Positions 25,719 to 37,732 of a DNA stretch of 61,150 nt are shown piece after piece. Positions within the stretch are counted from its first letter, which is position 1; each line of letters opens with the position of its first letter. The position numbers and the translations under genes are program-made. Source of the stretch: Octopus sinensis (lineage: Eukaryota); the NCBI RefSeq assembly GCF_006345805.1, contig NW_021832403.1, positions 1 through 61,150 on the forward strand. The letters run 5' to 3'. The notes beneath the pieces are model-generated. The model had not been told where the DNA came from, did no database searches, and saw only the letters and a program-made list of their open reading frames with translations.

Positions 25719-26699
25719 CCCTTTTGATACCAACCCAGCTGAAACCACCTCTGGCTCTGTAATACAAATGTCTTGTTTTCATAAGTTTGGAATTAAAATC
25801 TTCCACCAAACCTTAGTCACAATTTATGTTCCTAACACTAGCTTAATGATAACGAAGTTGTTTTACTAAATTCTTTGTTATAGTTAAAATTAATTGAAAG
25901 AAACACAGAGCATCTCAACAGAAATATGGTAACAAAAGGGTTAAAATATATAATAGAGAAACAATTCTTAACCCTTTTGATGCCAACCTGGCTGAAACCA
26001 CCTCTGGCTCTGTAGTACAAATGTCTTGTTTTCATAAGTTTTGAATTAAAATCTTCCACCAAACCTTAGTCACAATTTATGTTCCTAACACTAGCTTAAT
26101 GATAACGAAGTTGTTTTACTAAATTCTTTGTTATAGTTAAAATTAATTGAAAGAAACACAGAGCATCTCAACAGAAATATGGTAACAAAAGGGTTAAAAT
26201 ATATAATAGAGAAACAATTCTTAACCCTTTTGATACCAACCCAGCTGAAACCACCTCTGGCTCTGTAATACAAATGTCTTGTTTTCATAAGTTTTGAATT
26301 AAAATCTTCCACCAAACCTTAGTCACAATTTATGTTCCTAACACTAGCTTAATGATAACGAAGTTGTTTTACTAAATTCTTTGTTATAGTTAAAATTAAT
26401 TGAAAGAAACACAGAGCATCTCAACAGAAATATGGTAACAAAAGGGTTAAAATATATAATAGAGAAACAATTCTTAACCCTTTTGATGCCAACCTGGCTG
26501 AAACCACCTCTGGCTCTGTAGTACAAATGTCTTGTTTTCATAAGTTTTGAATTAAAATCTTCCACCAAACCTTAGTCACAATTTATGTTCTTAACACCAG
26601 GTTAAGGATAACTAAGTTATTTGACTAAATTCTTTGTTATATTTAAAATTAATAAAATGAATCACAGAACATCTCAACAGAAATAAGGTAACGAAAGGG
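25719..26699. mobile_element. 4-unit tandem array (253-bp period) of piggyBac-type MITE, flanked by TTAA
   Basis: TTAA at 25715-18 and 26700-03. Units start at 25715, 25968, 26221 and 26474. CCCTTT/AAAGGG ends. Confidence 0.9.
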
Positions 26700-27015
26700 T
26701 TAAAAACAATATTTTCAGAAGATCCTCCACCATTGCTAATTTGGTCACCTAGGTAACAGAAACTATCCACAACCTCAAGAGAACCTCCTGAGCATTTAAG
26801 AGAGTCTAGTCCCGTGTGCTCTAGGGGCTTATTCTTCCTGCACATCTGCCACATACAAACACCCCTGTCATCTATTAATCTCCCTGGGATTTCATTGTAC
26901 CCTCTTATGTATCCATAGCTTACACTGGGTGCAATGAATGGAATTACTTCCAACTCCTTTCCTCCATATTGGGCAGGATCTTATCTTCTTTCTTGCTAAC
27001 AAACTTGCTCTTTGC

Positions 27016-27420
27016 TACTCTTTTACTTGTTTCAGTCATTTGACTGCGGCCATGCTGGAGCACCGCCTTTAGTCGAACAAATCAACCCCGGGACTTATTC
27101 TTTGTAAGCCCAGTACTTATTCTATCGGTCTCTTTTTGCCGAACCGCTAAGTGACGGGGACATAAACACACCAGCATCGGTTGTCAAGCAATGCTAGGGG
27201 GACAAACACAGACACACAAACATATACACACACACTTATATATACACACATATATACGACAGGCTTCTTTCAGTTTCCGTCTACCAAATCCACTCACAAG
27301 GCATTGGTCGGCCCGGTCTATAGAAGAAGACATTTGCCCAAGTTGCCACGCAGTGAGACTGAACCCGGAACCATGTGGTTGGTAAGCAAGCTACTTACCA
27401 CACAGTCACTCCTGCGCCTA
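27016..27420 (-). mobile_element. SINE family A inserted into the RTE
   Basis: Removing it restores the RTE motif LKVNLAKSK. Confidence 0.9.
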
Positions 27421-27704
27421 GGTTAACTTTAAGGCACTTTGATTCCAGGTTTTGCTTCCATAACTGGAATTTCTTCTACAGATTCTACCACAAGAGCAAG
27501 ATCATCAACATATAGTAGTTCCCATGGGCATCCAATTTGAAATTCCTCTGTTATGGCCTGGAGGACTATGATGAATAAGAGTGGACTGAGAACTGAGCCC
27601 TGGTTGTACGCTAAATTCATAACTGTATCAATGGTTCACTCTCACCCCTACTGATGACACTGCTGAACATGGCTTACAGACATGTATATATACACACAGA
27701 TTGT

Positions 27705-28088
27705 GTGGAGGCGCAATGGCCCAGTGGTTAGGGCAGCGGACTCGTGGTCGTAGGATCGCAGTTTCGATTCCCAGACCGGGCGTTGTGAGTGTTTATTGAG
27801 CGAAAACACCTAAAACTCCATGAGGCTCTGGAAGGGGGTGGTGGTGATCCCTGCTGTACTCTTTCACCACAACTTTCTCTCACTCTTACTTCCTGATTCT
27901 GTTGTACATGTATTTCAAAGGGCCGGCCTTGTCACTCTCTGTGTCACGCTGAATATCCCCGAGAACTACGTTAAGGGTACACGTGTCTGTGGAGTGCTCA
28001 GCCACTTACACGTTAATTTCACGAGCAGGCTGTTCCGTTGATTGGATCAACCGGAACCCTCGTCGTTGTAACCGATGGAGTGCTTCCC
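27705..28088 (+). mobile_element. SINE family C, tail-2 type
   Basis: Same tRNA head as the 4671 copy, different 3' half ending gacggagtgcttcc-like. Confidence 0.85.
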
Positions 28089-28109
28089 CATATACACACA
28101 AACATACAG

Positions 28110-28157
<48 letters not shown>

Positions 28158-28418
28158 CAAGATCTGGTTTGGAGGAAATGGAAGGGGTTCCTTCAGTTAC
28201 CTTAAAACACACCCCTAGACTTACCAAACTCTTTTCCCTCTCTATAAGGATCTGCAACATCCCTCACCCTCCACAGAACTAACCCCTCTGATGACCACCA
28301 CCAACAATCATCCAACTGCACTCACTCCTACCACCTCACAGCCAATGCCTTCAATCTCTTTCTCTCTCTAATGACCACCAGTACAGATCCAGAGATGACC
28401 TCCTCTCCTCTGTTACTT

Positions 28419-28665
28419 GCTATGGAAGAATTTAGTGAAAGCAATGCTGTTGCCCTCAACATAAGTAAAAATTTCTCCCGTGTCTGTGGAATGAATCTCT
28501 TCTCAAAGCTTTCTGTCCATGGCCCTCACCTATCTCTCATCTCTTGGGTCAGCAACTTCAAGTTGGACCCTGCTATTGGCGCATGTGTTGACAGAGCTCT
28601 TCCTCTCCATCATTCTACACAATCAGGTGAACTCCAGGGTTCAGTCTTACCCCCACCCACCACTC
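28419..28665 (+). mobile_element. decayed non-LTR reverse-transcriptase fragment (CR1/L2/Jockey-like)
   Basis: ESNAVALNISKNFSRV..LFSKL..LISWVSNF..VD...SGELQGSVLPP corresponds to degenerate AVALDISKAFDRV...SGVPQGSVL. Confidence 0.7.
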
Positions 28666-30043
28666 TCTCCTATCTCAATATCAGCCACTTTTGTCAGGTG
28701 CTGAAGATGTTAGAGTGTGACAGAGGACAGGACAGGTGCCTTGCTGAGGAGGAGATACATGGTTACCATGTGAGAGGGAGAGAGAGAGAGAGCAAGAGAC
28801 AGAGAGAGTGATCAAGAATGAGGGAGAGGGAGAGAGAGAGAGAGGGATGGTGGCAAAGTGCCAGGGCATACCCTCAAGGTACAGGGATCATCCTTTCCTG
28901 AACAGATGACACAACCCTTCCTTCTTCGAACCTGAATTACCTACACACAACCCACAGCCCCTTCATGGTCGGGTACTTCAAAAATGTCCTTCAACAAAGA
29001 ATGCATCAACCATGTCCCAGTCAACAGCAATAAAACACAAACCCCACTCATATCAAGCAAAGATGACTATGCAACACTTCACCTCAGACATTAGCAGGAC
29101 ATAGCCCCAATTATAGGGTCCCTATCGCTACTGCCAAAGATCTTTCCTGCTGAAGCTAGATCTTTAACATAGCTAGAACCACATCTCTATGAGGCCCTTC
29201 TCTCCAAGGCCAAGAGAAACCTCAACCCCCAAAAATTATTGATAAAGTACAAAACCAAAGTGAGGGGCACAATGGATTATTGCCCTCACATCCAGGGTGG
29301 TGATGATGATGATGTGGATGAGACACAGGCATCCAAGACCACATATAGAAAAGGATCGTCTGAATGAATGACAAAAGGTCACTAACAGACCCACTCCAGC
29401 CTCTGCTCCACAGCTATGTCGTATCTCCTCTTTCTTTTTTACCACTCTCTACTATAATGGCCTCTGTCCCTCTCTGGTCTCTTCCCTCTGTCTTTTCTAC
29501 CTCTACTATAATGGCCTTTGTTCCTCACACCAGACTCTTCTTGCATCCTCTCCGCTCTGTCATTCCATTCCACTCACCTACTCTTCTTCCTCCCTCTTTC
29601 ACCAACCTTCTTGTTTCTCTCCAACTCCTAACATAAGTCCCACACTACTTACTATGCTCAGTCCTTTCTCCACAAATTTCATCCCTCTGAAATTCTCTCC
29701 CTGCTCATGTTATCCCACAGATGTTGACTTACAACAAGAACATTAATGAGATCAATGTCACTGCTCCAAGAGGACCTGTCTCTTCCTTCAGACCCAGTAA
29801 ATAAGAGAATGTGTGTGTGTGTGTGTGCATGCAGGATACTGATGAGGTAAATTGCACAACATTTCTACAATGTTATGTAATTATTTCAGAAGTTTGGAGA
29901 AACACGTATATATCCTATAAAGCTTTGCATATAACTTATTTTCTGTTTAGTCTTTCCCCTTCCTCTCTCTCTGTACAAACAAACACACACACACACACAC
30001 AAATATACACACACGTGTGTGTAGTGTCAGTATTCCATCTTAC

Positions 30044-30131
30044 CGATGATCCGTGGACAGTTTGCAGAAGAATATCGTTGAATTGTCCGAAGGTTCAGAA
30101 TTTATGTCATCCACCACGTAGAACTCACAGC
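30044..30131 (-). CDS. ZFYVE21: ZFYVE21 exon 4 (GCEFYVVDDINSEPSDNSTIFFCKLSTDHR)
   Basis: ctcatttcag acceptor, gtaaga donor, 88 nt, phase 1/2 fits both neighbours. Aligns by eye to human GATFLV...MTCRLSNNQR. Confidence 0.88.
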
Positions 30132-30457
30132 CTGAAATGAGGAAATGGAAGCATTGTGGGTAAAGTATTTCAATGAAAGACCCTTGTGTTGGGTGGGTGG
30201 GTGGGTGGGGCGAAGCAAGGTGAGAAATTGGATCATCATCATCATCATCATAATAATCCTTTCAACTACAGAAACAAGACCCGAAGTCTGAATGGAGAAG
30301 GCTAGTCAATGACATTACCCCAGTGCATGACTGGTACTTATTTCATCAAGGATGAAAGGCAAAGTCAACCTCGCCAGAATTGAACTTGGGATGTAAGGTT
30401 GAATGAGACATCAATATTTTGTTCATTGCTCAAACAATTCTGTCAGCCCATTGCTTT

Positions 30458-30735
30458 CATCATCATCATCGTTTAACGTCCGTTTTCTGTGCTAGCATGG
30501 GTTGGACGGTTCAACTGGGGTCTGGGAAGCCAGAAGGCTGCACCAGGCTCCAGTCTGATCTGGCTGTGTTTCTACAGCTGGATGCTCTTCCTAACGCCAA
30601 CCACTCCGTGAGTTTAGTGGGTGCTTTTTATGTGCAACCCGCACAGGTGCCAGACGGGGCTGGCAAATGGCCACGGACGGATGGTGCTTTTTATGTGCCA
30701 CCAGCACAGGTGCCAGGTGAGGCTGGCAAACGGCC
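30458..30735 (-). mobile_element. family B copy
   Basis: CAT tail plus conserved 3' end. Confidence 0.75.
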
Positions 30736-31375
30736 ACTATATATATATATAGTCATAAAATACAGTGTACATCTAAACACAATAATAAAAATAACTGTCC
30801 TTGCCAATGGAGAGTCTGTCAGACATGTGACAGTCTCCAGAGAAAGAAACAGCCAAATATTAACACAGCTTCTCAAAGATTTGCCTTGGTGATCTTACCA
30901 TTAAAAACAAGTCTACACTGTAAAGTGGTGGGCATTTGGAAGGGCATCCAGCCATAAAAACCAGACCAAAACAGACACAGAAGCCGGCTCCTGTCAAACC
31001 ATCCAATTCCTACCACCAAGGAGAGCGGGCATTAGATGATGATGATGATGATAATGATGCCCTCTGCCAAATTCACTCCCAAGCATTTGGTCGACCCAGA
31101 GTGCCATGCTGTGTCAGTGAAGCTGAAACGATGTGGTTAGGAAGCAAAGTTCTCAGCTCACAGCCATCTCGATAAACTTCAGTTTTAACCACGAGCACAA
31201 CAGCTTCCTCAGAAAACGAGATACTATTTACTTAATGAAGTTCCACTGTTCACACCGGACTGTGAGTGACTGACAACAACCTGGTCCCGGATGCTGGCCA
31301 CTTGATCTTCAACTCCAACCAAGGTGAGCAGCAGCAGCTGTGTTAAAGAAATGCCAAAAACAAACACTTGTATCA

Positions 31376-31567
<192 letters not shown>

Positions 31568-31623
31568 TTACCATTAATTGAATAGCAGTGAAATACTGGT
31601 CACTGATTTAATATTCCTATGAA

Positions 31624-32698
31624 CCCTTTCGTTACTATATTTCTGACCAAAATACACCCCTTATGTGTTTCAATTAATTTCTACCATAATCCTAAATTTA
31701 GTTTGGTTTCATTAAACAACTATAACTTTTTTATTTATCAATATGTTAATGTGATTTTTGGAAGATAATTTAATGAAATGTTCTCAACCAATTCTATACT
31801 ATAATTTTTGTCACAAAGTGACTCTAATTGCAGGTAGATAAGGTAAATTCAACAAAATATAAAATTATTAAAATTTTGTTCAAACATCGCTATAGAAAAT
31901 GGGTTATTAGCTAATATTCAATTGGGTATACAACAAAATTTTACGATAGAATTTGTTATTCTGGGTAACTTTCTGATACCCATAATAATATTTATGGCAA
32001 AATAGGCCTTAATTTCATTTAAGGTTGTGGGAAATAACAAACTATCCTTTCTTTCGCTTTGTTTACGTTTAGCGTAACGGTTCGTTTTCGCCGTAATGAT
32101 TTCAAATGGGCTCATTCGAAAAAGTAAATAGAAATAGTCTAAGGCTTTACTCTCCTGGGAAAGTCTGTGGCTTGGTCCAGTTTCTTCAGAAAAATCACCG
32201 AAAGAAACAGTTTTTAAATTTTCACTCCATTCAGGTGCCAATTCATTTTCTTTATCGCTGTCGGAGCTCTCGGATTCACTGTTTTCACTTTCGGAAAATG
32301 AAACATCAGATTCATTATCAAATACCACATGCTTTTTTTTTTCAGTCATAGAGTTAGATTTATGAAGGTCTTCAGTAGAAAATCCTTCGAATTCTGACTC
32401 GCTGCTTGATGTAATGAAATTCGTATCCATTTTTTGTCAGAATTACAAATTTTGAAAACAATAGGAACAAATTTCGGAAAAAAATCTCCCAAAATTCACG
32501 GAATTAAAATTACACGTCGATTGTTGTACAAAACTGTAGATGAACCGTTTACAAAGTATAATCACGTGTTTTCACGAATGTACTAAAGAGATTTGCTCTG
32601 ATATTCTCATTTAAATATGAATAGGTAAATATGGGCGGGTTTGGGCGGTTTGGACATATTAACCAAAATTTTTTTCGGGCGGTTTGGTAATGAAAGGG
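31624..32698 (-). mobile_element. internally deleted piggyBac transposon retaining a 170-aa N-terminal transposase ORF (31918-32430)
   Basis: CCCTTT TIRs, TSD TTAA (right) and TGAA (left, mutated). Acidic N-terminus, then GP..YFYLLF..I...TNRYA...TT..EI.AYFAI.IIMGI.KLP of piggyBac transposases. Catalytic DDD core absent. Confidence 0.88.
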
Positions 32699-33034
32699 TT
32701 AAACATCCTAAATGTCAATGGAATTATAAGAGAAGACAAACACTAACTTTACCTTTCATTCTTCTGAAGTTGACAAAGGTAGACTCGGTCAACACAATAT
32801 CCATTCTTCATTATTGAGGTCCACGTAAGAGATCAATAACACCTGTGATATGCTAAATTTCTCCCTCCCATCAAATTTGTGACATGTTAGTCACTATTGC
32901 CAGATATTCCTTGTTATTACTCTCAGATGGCAAAGGATGAAAGAATAAAAAGATTCAAGTTCAATCCCACTTCACAGCAGGTTGTGAAAATGTCTGAGCA
33001 GAACCTGACGGTGGTTTAGTGGTTACTGCATTTT

Positions 33035-33580
33035 AGTTAGTTAGTTAATTCTTTGGCTCAAAAAGCAAAAAGCAAGGCCATGTAGGGGGACATGGAGTTA
33101 TGTACAGGGTGGTGTTCATGTGAAGAGTTCAGGCCACTTGTGGTCAAGGGAGACTTTGAACTGAGCGGTCGTCGGCATCGTCACCATCTCGTCTGGCAGC
33201 TTGTTCCACGGATCCGCAACCCGGACGGAGAAAGCCCCTCTCCTTCGATTGAGATGAAATCGTCGCAGATAGAGCTTTTCGGAATGACCCCGGAGCCGAC
33301 GCTCTGGAGCAGGAGTGAAGAACAGCTCTTTCGAGAGGTTACACTTTCTGCTTATGATGTTGTGAGCAAGAATGAGATCACCACGGTGTCATCGTTTTTC
33401 TAGAGAAAAAAGGTCGAGCGTCCTCAGCCTTTCTTCATAAGACAAATGCTTGAGACCATGAACCATGCAGGTAGCCAGCTTCTGGACTCTTTCGAGATGC
33501 TGTATTTCTTTGAGGAGATAAGGAGAAGAGGCTTGAATCCCGTACTCCAATATGGGTCTCACCAGCGTAACACAATTGTA
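33035..33580 (-). mobile_element. CR1-like LINE 3' fragment, same family as 8608-9068
   Basis: LVRPILEYG....SPYLLKEIQHLERVQKLAT..GLKHLSYEERL; (CTAA)n tail. Confidence 0.88.
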
Positions 33581-33809
33581 AGGTTGGGAGTTCAATTCCT
33601 GGTGGCATGCATTGTGTCCTTGAGCAAAACACTTTATTTCACATCTGTAGGTAATTGATCATCATCATCATCATCGTTTAATGTCCACCTTCCATGCTAG
33701 CATGGGTGGGACGGTTTCAGAAGAGCCAGCCAGACTTCTGTGACTGTTTTGGCAAGATTTTTACAGCTGGATGCCCTTCCTAACATCAACCACTCAATAG
33801 AGTGGTTCG

Positions 33810-34121
33810 ATTAATTGAAAATGACTCGTGGCCGATGCCAGCGCCTATCCGACTCGTGGCCGATGCCAGCGCCGCCTCGACTGGCTTCCGTGACGGTGGC
33901 ACGTAAAATACACCAATCCGACCGTGGCGGTTGCAGGTGGCACGTAAAAAGCACCCACTACACTCACGGAGTGGTTGGCATTAGGAAGGGCATCGTGCTG
34001 TAGAAACTCTGCCAGATCAGACTGGAGCCTGGTGCAGCCTCCTGGCTTCCCAGACCCCAGTTGAACCGTCCAACCCATGCTAGCATGGAGAACGGACGTT
34101 AAACGATGATGATGATGATGA
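33810..34121 (+). mobile_element. family B copy, head-to-head with an older B-like copy at about 33657-33805
   Basis: GAT tail at right; CAT tail of the partner at left. Confidence 0.75.
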
Positions 34122-34260
34122 ACTTAATTATCAGAAAACTGAGTTTTTCATCTTCACACCTAATATCATATTTGAGTGGGTGGTTGAAAAATTAATGCAT
34201 CTCCAAAGGATGCAGGGTATAGAAAAGGTTAGGAATGAATACGTAAACTGTTGTACTTAC

Positions 34261-34311
34261 CCGTCGATTCATTAGTGCAAACCTCACCTGGCACTGCATA
34301 CAGTGTACATA
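34261..34311 (-). CDS. ZFYVE21: ZFYVE21 exon 2 (YVHCMQCQVRFALMNRR)
   Basis: tgttgtag acceptor, gtaagt donor, 51 nt, phase 0/0. Supplies the first CxxC of the FYVE finger and the RR before HHCR. Too short for the ORF track. Confidence 0.92.
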
Positions 34312-34591
34312 CTACAACAGAAGACACATAGATGGCATTAAGATGGGATGTTCATCGGGGTTGGCTTGTGCTACTTAACGTTTAAGCAGTCAGATTACTT
34401 GTGTCAAATGCAATGCTTATTTTATTGTTTTGAATTTATCGTGTGTTATCTCATAGCTTCAAGACTTCAATGATGTGATTATTCATTTTTAGAATGAAAT
34501 TGTAGGTTAGGTGTGAAAGACCTGATTTGGTCATTTTGAACATGAAGCTGAATATTTGGGCAGGATATGGCAAAAGATATAGATATATATA

Positions 34592-34633
<42 letters not shown>

Positions 34634-34635
<2 letters not shown>

Positions 34636-35033
34636 TCTTTTACTTGTTTCAGTCATTTGACTGTGGCCATGCTGGAGCACCGCCTTTAGTCGAGCAAATC
34701 GATCCCGGGACTTATTCTTTGTAAGCCCAGTACTTATTCTATCGGTCTCTTTTGCCGAACCGCTAAGTGATGGGGACGTAAACACACTAGCATCGGTTGT
34801 CAAGCGATGTTGGGGGGACAAACACAGACGCACAAACACATACATATCTATATATATATACATATATACGACAGGCTTCTTTCAGTTTCCGTCTACCAAA
34901 TACACTCACAAGGCTTTGGTTGGCCCGGGACTATGGGGCTATAGCAGAAGACACTTGCCCAAGGTGCCACGCAGTGGGACTGAACCCGGAACCATGTGGT
35001 TGGTTAGCAAGCTACTTACCACACAGCCACTCC

Positions 35034-35039
<6 letters not shown>
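34634..35039 (-). mobile_element. SINE family A copy
   Basis: Full length. Confidence 0.9.
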
Positions 35040-35073
<34 letters not shown>

Positions 35074-35288
35074 GTAAATTAGAGAAAAAAAACATTATTA
35101 TGCAATTCAAGTGAAACAATGATAGACATAAACCCAATCATAACTAAAAAATAAAATATTTTTATAAAACATATAACTGGTGATTTTTTCTCTAATTTAT
35201 ATGTTATATATTTATATTGAGAAAATTTGATTTAATACTAAATTGAATTTCCCCTGTAAGTTTGGAGTTATACTCCCTAATATTAATA

Positions 35289-35319
<31 letters not shown>

Positions 35320-35324
35320 ATATA

Positions 35325-35722
35325 CTAGCAGTATCGGCCGGCGTTGCTCGGGTTTGTAAGGGAAATAACTATATAAGCATTTTTAGAGAGTTATAGCCAA
35401 AAGATAGCAAAAAAATGCATTAAAACTGGAAAAAAAATTATGGTAATTTTTTTTTTAAATCGTTGACTCATCGTAGACATTTTTAGAGAGTTACTTCCCT
35501 TATATAATAGCGAAAAAATGCATTAAAAATAGAAAAAAATGATGGTAAATTATTTTTAAAATCATAGACTCATCGTAGACGCGCGCTAATACCCAGAAAG
35601 GCTCGATATGAATCACGACTATAAGATACCCGGTTTTGGTTAAACTGCACCGCAAAATGTGGGAGTAGTTAGGAATCTAAATTGTAGGAGACAGACACAC
35701 AACTTGACTTTTATATATAAAA
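35325..35722 (-). mobile_element. Helitron-like H1 copy
   Basis: CTAG end plus hairpin; 5' TC mutated. Confidence 0.75.
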
Positions 35723-35728
35723 TATATT

Positions 35729-36104
35729 TACTCTTTTACTTGTTTCAGTCATTTGACTGCGGCCATGCTGGAGCATCGCCTTTAATCGAGCAAATCGACC
35801 CCGGGACTTATTCTTTTGTAAGCCCAGTACTTATTCTATCGGTCTCTCTTGCCAAACCGCTAAGTAACGGGGAAGTAAACACACCAGCATCGGTTGTCAA
35901 GCAATGCTAGGGGACAAACACACACACGCATATACATATATACAACGGGTTTCTTTCAGTTTCCGTCTACCAAATCCACTCACAAGGCTTTGGTCGGCCC
36001 GAGGATATAGTAGAAGACACTTGCCCAAGGTGCCACGCAGTGGGACTGAACCCGGAACCATATGGTTGGTAGACAAGCTACTTACCACACAGCCACTCCT
36101 GCGC

Positions 36105-36106
<2 letters not shown>
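35729..36106 (-). mobile_element. SINE family A copy
   Basis: Full length. Confidence 0.9.
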
Positions 36107-36134
<28 letters not shown>

Positions 36135-36138
<4 letters not shown>

Positions 36139-36429
36139 GATGTGTAAAAAGTAACATTTTGAACCATGAAGAATTTTTAAAGTAACATTTTGAACCAGAT
36201 TTTTGCAGAGTTTTGAATTTTTTTTTTTCAACCTATTTTTGCAATTGTCTGATAATAGAGACAGACTTGCCCAAATGCATCAATAAATCAACATTGATAT
36301 TTTTTTTCACTGTTGTTACAATCATCTGAAAAGGAACTCAGGGCAATGCTCAAGCAATTTTGCTATTCAACTTCAAGAATGGACGTAAAGCAGCTGAAAC
36401 TGCTCCGGATATCAACAAAATGTTCGGTG
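36135..36429 (+). mobile_element. mariner 5' remnant truncated by a SINE
   Basis: ILLFNFKNGRKAAETAPDINKMFGE resembles the mariner N-terminal HTH (FEFKMGRKAAETTRNIN..FG). Confidence 0.6.
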
Positions 36430-36595
36430 AGGCGCAGGAGTGGCTGTGTGGTAAGTAGCTTGCTAACCAACCACATGGTTCTGGGTTCAGTCCCACTGCG
36501 TGGCACCTTGGGCAAGTGTCTCCTGCTATAGCCCCGGGTCGACCAATGCCTTGTGAGTGGATTTGGTAGATGGAAACTGAAAGAAGCCTGTCGTA

Positions 36596-36636
<41 letters not shown>

Positions 36637-36980
36637 GTGTGTATCATCATCATCATCATCATCATCGTTTAACGTCCGCTTTCCATGCTAGCATGGGTTG
36701 GACGGTTCAACTGGGGTCTGGCCAACCCATGCTAGCATGGAAAGCGGACGTTAAACGATGATGATGATGATTGCGTGTGTGTGTGTCTGTCCCACTAGCA
36801 TTGCTTGACAACCAATGCTGGTGTGTTTACGTCCCCGTCACTTAGCAGTTCGGCAAAAAGAGGCCGATAGAATAAGTACTGGGCTTACAAAAAGAATAAG
36901 TCCCGGGGTCGATTTGCTCAACTAAAGGCAGTGCTCCAGCATGGCCGCAGTCAAATGACTGAAACAAGAAAAAAAGAGAG
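36430..36980 (+). mobile_element. SINE family A carrying a family B foldback in its microsatellite
   Basis: Head and tail intact; insert at 36643-36771. Confidence 0.88.
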
Positions 36981-37351
36981 TGGTAGACTGCTGGACTCAT
37001 CCATTATAACTTTTTAAAACCCGGAAAAACCATTTCTGCTGAAATATATTGCAATGAAATTGCCAAAATAAATAAAAAAACTGCTACTCTTCCATCGCAG
37101 ACTGGTCAACAGAAGAGGTCCAATCATTCTTGATGTCAATGCTTGACCACACATTTCACTAATAACACTCCAGGGGTTGAGGGACACATGGGGTGTCAAA
37201 GCAAGCTTCTTACCCACACAGCCACCCGGACACCTATTTTCACAAATACACCTGAAGCGAAAGTAATTAAGAGATCGTCCTGATTTTCAGTTTGTTTGTT
37301 GTGGATTAAGTGTTGGCAACATCTGCCATCAGGGAAGAGGGGGGACTGGGG

Positions 37352-37453
37352 TAGGTGGCACCATCTGTTGGAGATAATGGGAGAATAATGAAATTTCCTT
37401 CTCTTGTAATTGTTCACTATATACACATCAATATATATACGTGTGTGTACATA

Positions 37454-37488
<35 letters not shown>

Positions 37489-37684
37489 GTAAACATACTT
37501 TATGTGTGTATGTATACACACATATTTCTATATACATACATACATATTTATTTATTTAGATATATTTATATATCATCATCATCATTTAGAGTCCGATGAT
37601 ATATATATATATATCTAAATAAATAAATATGTATGTATGTATGTATATAGAAATATATGTGTGTATACATACACACATAAAGTA

Positions 37685-37732
<48 letters not shown>

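Larger units (their letters stand above)
25240..27680 (-). mobile_element. RTE-clade LINE fragment (RT to C-terminus), split by the MITE array and a SINE A
   Basis: GSVLSPLLFIIVL..ELLYVDDLAL..LKVNL|AK ..Cys-rich.. LEVVDSFCYLGDQI..SENIVF|KIRIGW ..RLYDACVRMAILHGSETWAL..FGHVMRM. Frameshifted. Confidence 0.85.

Noticed and set aside
25838-26568. Three near-identical 74-aa ORFs (MVEDFNSKLMK...)
   Set aside because: Chance ORFs in the MITE units; a similar ORF appears in the 11.3-kb copy.
28900-29700. Possible Penelope/GIY-YIG or other LINE remnant (also 40190-40730)
   Set aside because: I could not recover a diagnostic motif by eye; it needs a translated profile search.
31918-32430. Domesticated PGBD-like gene or an in-frame ZFYVE21-piggyBac fusion exon
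   Set aside because: TIRs are present, the catalytic core is deleted, and I found no good phase-0 acceptor near the ATG.
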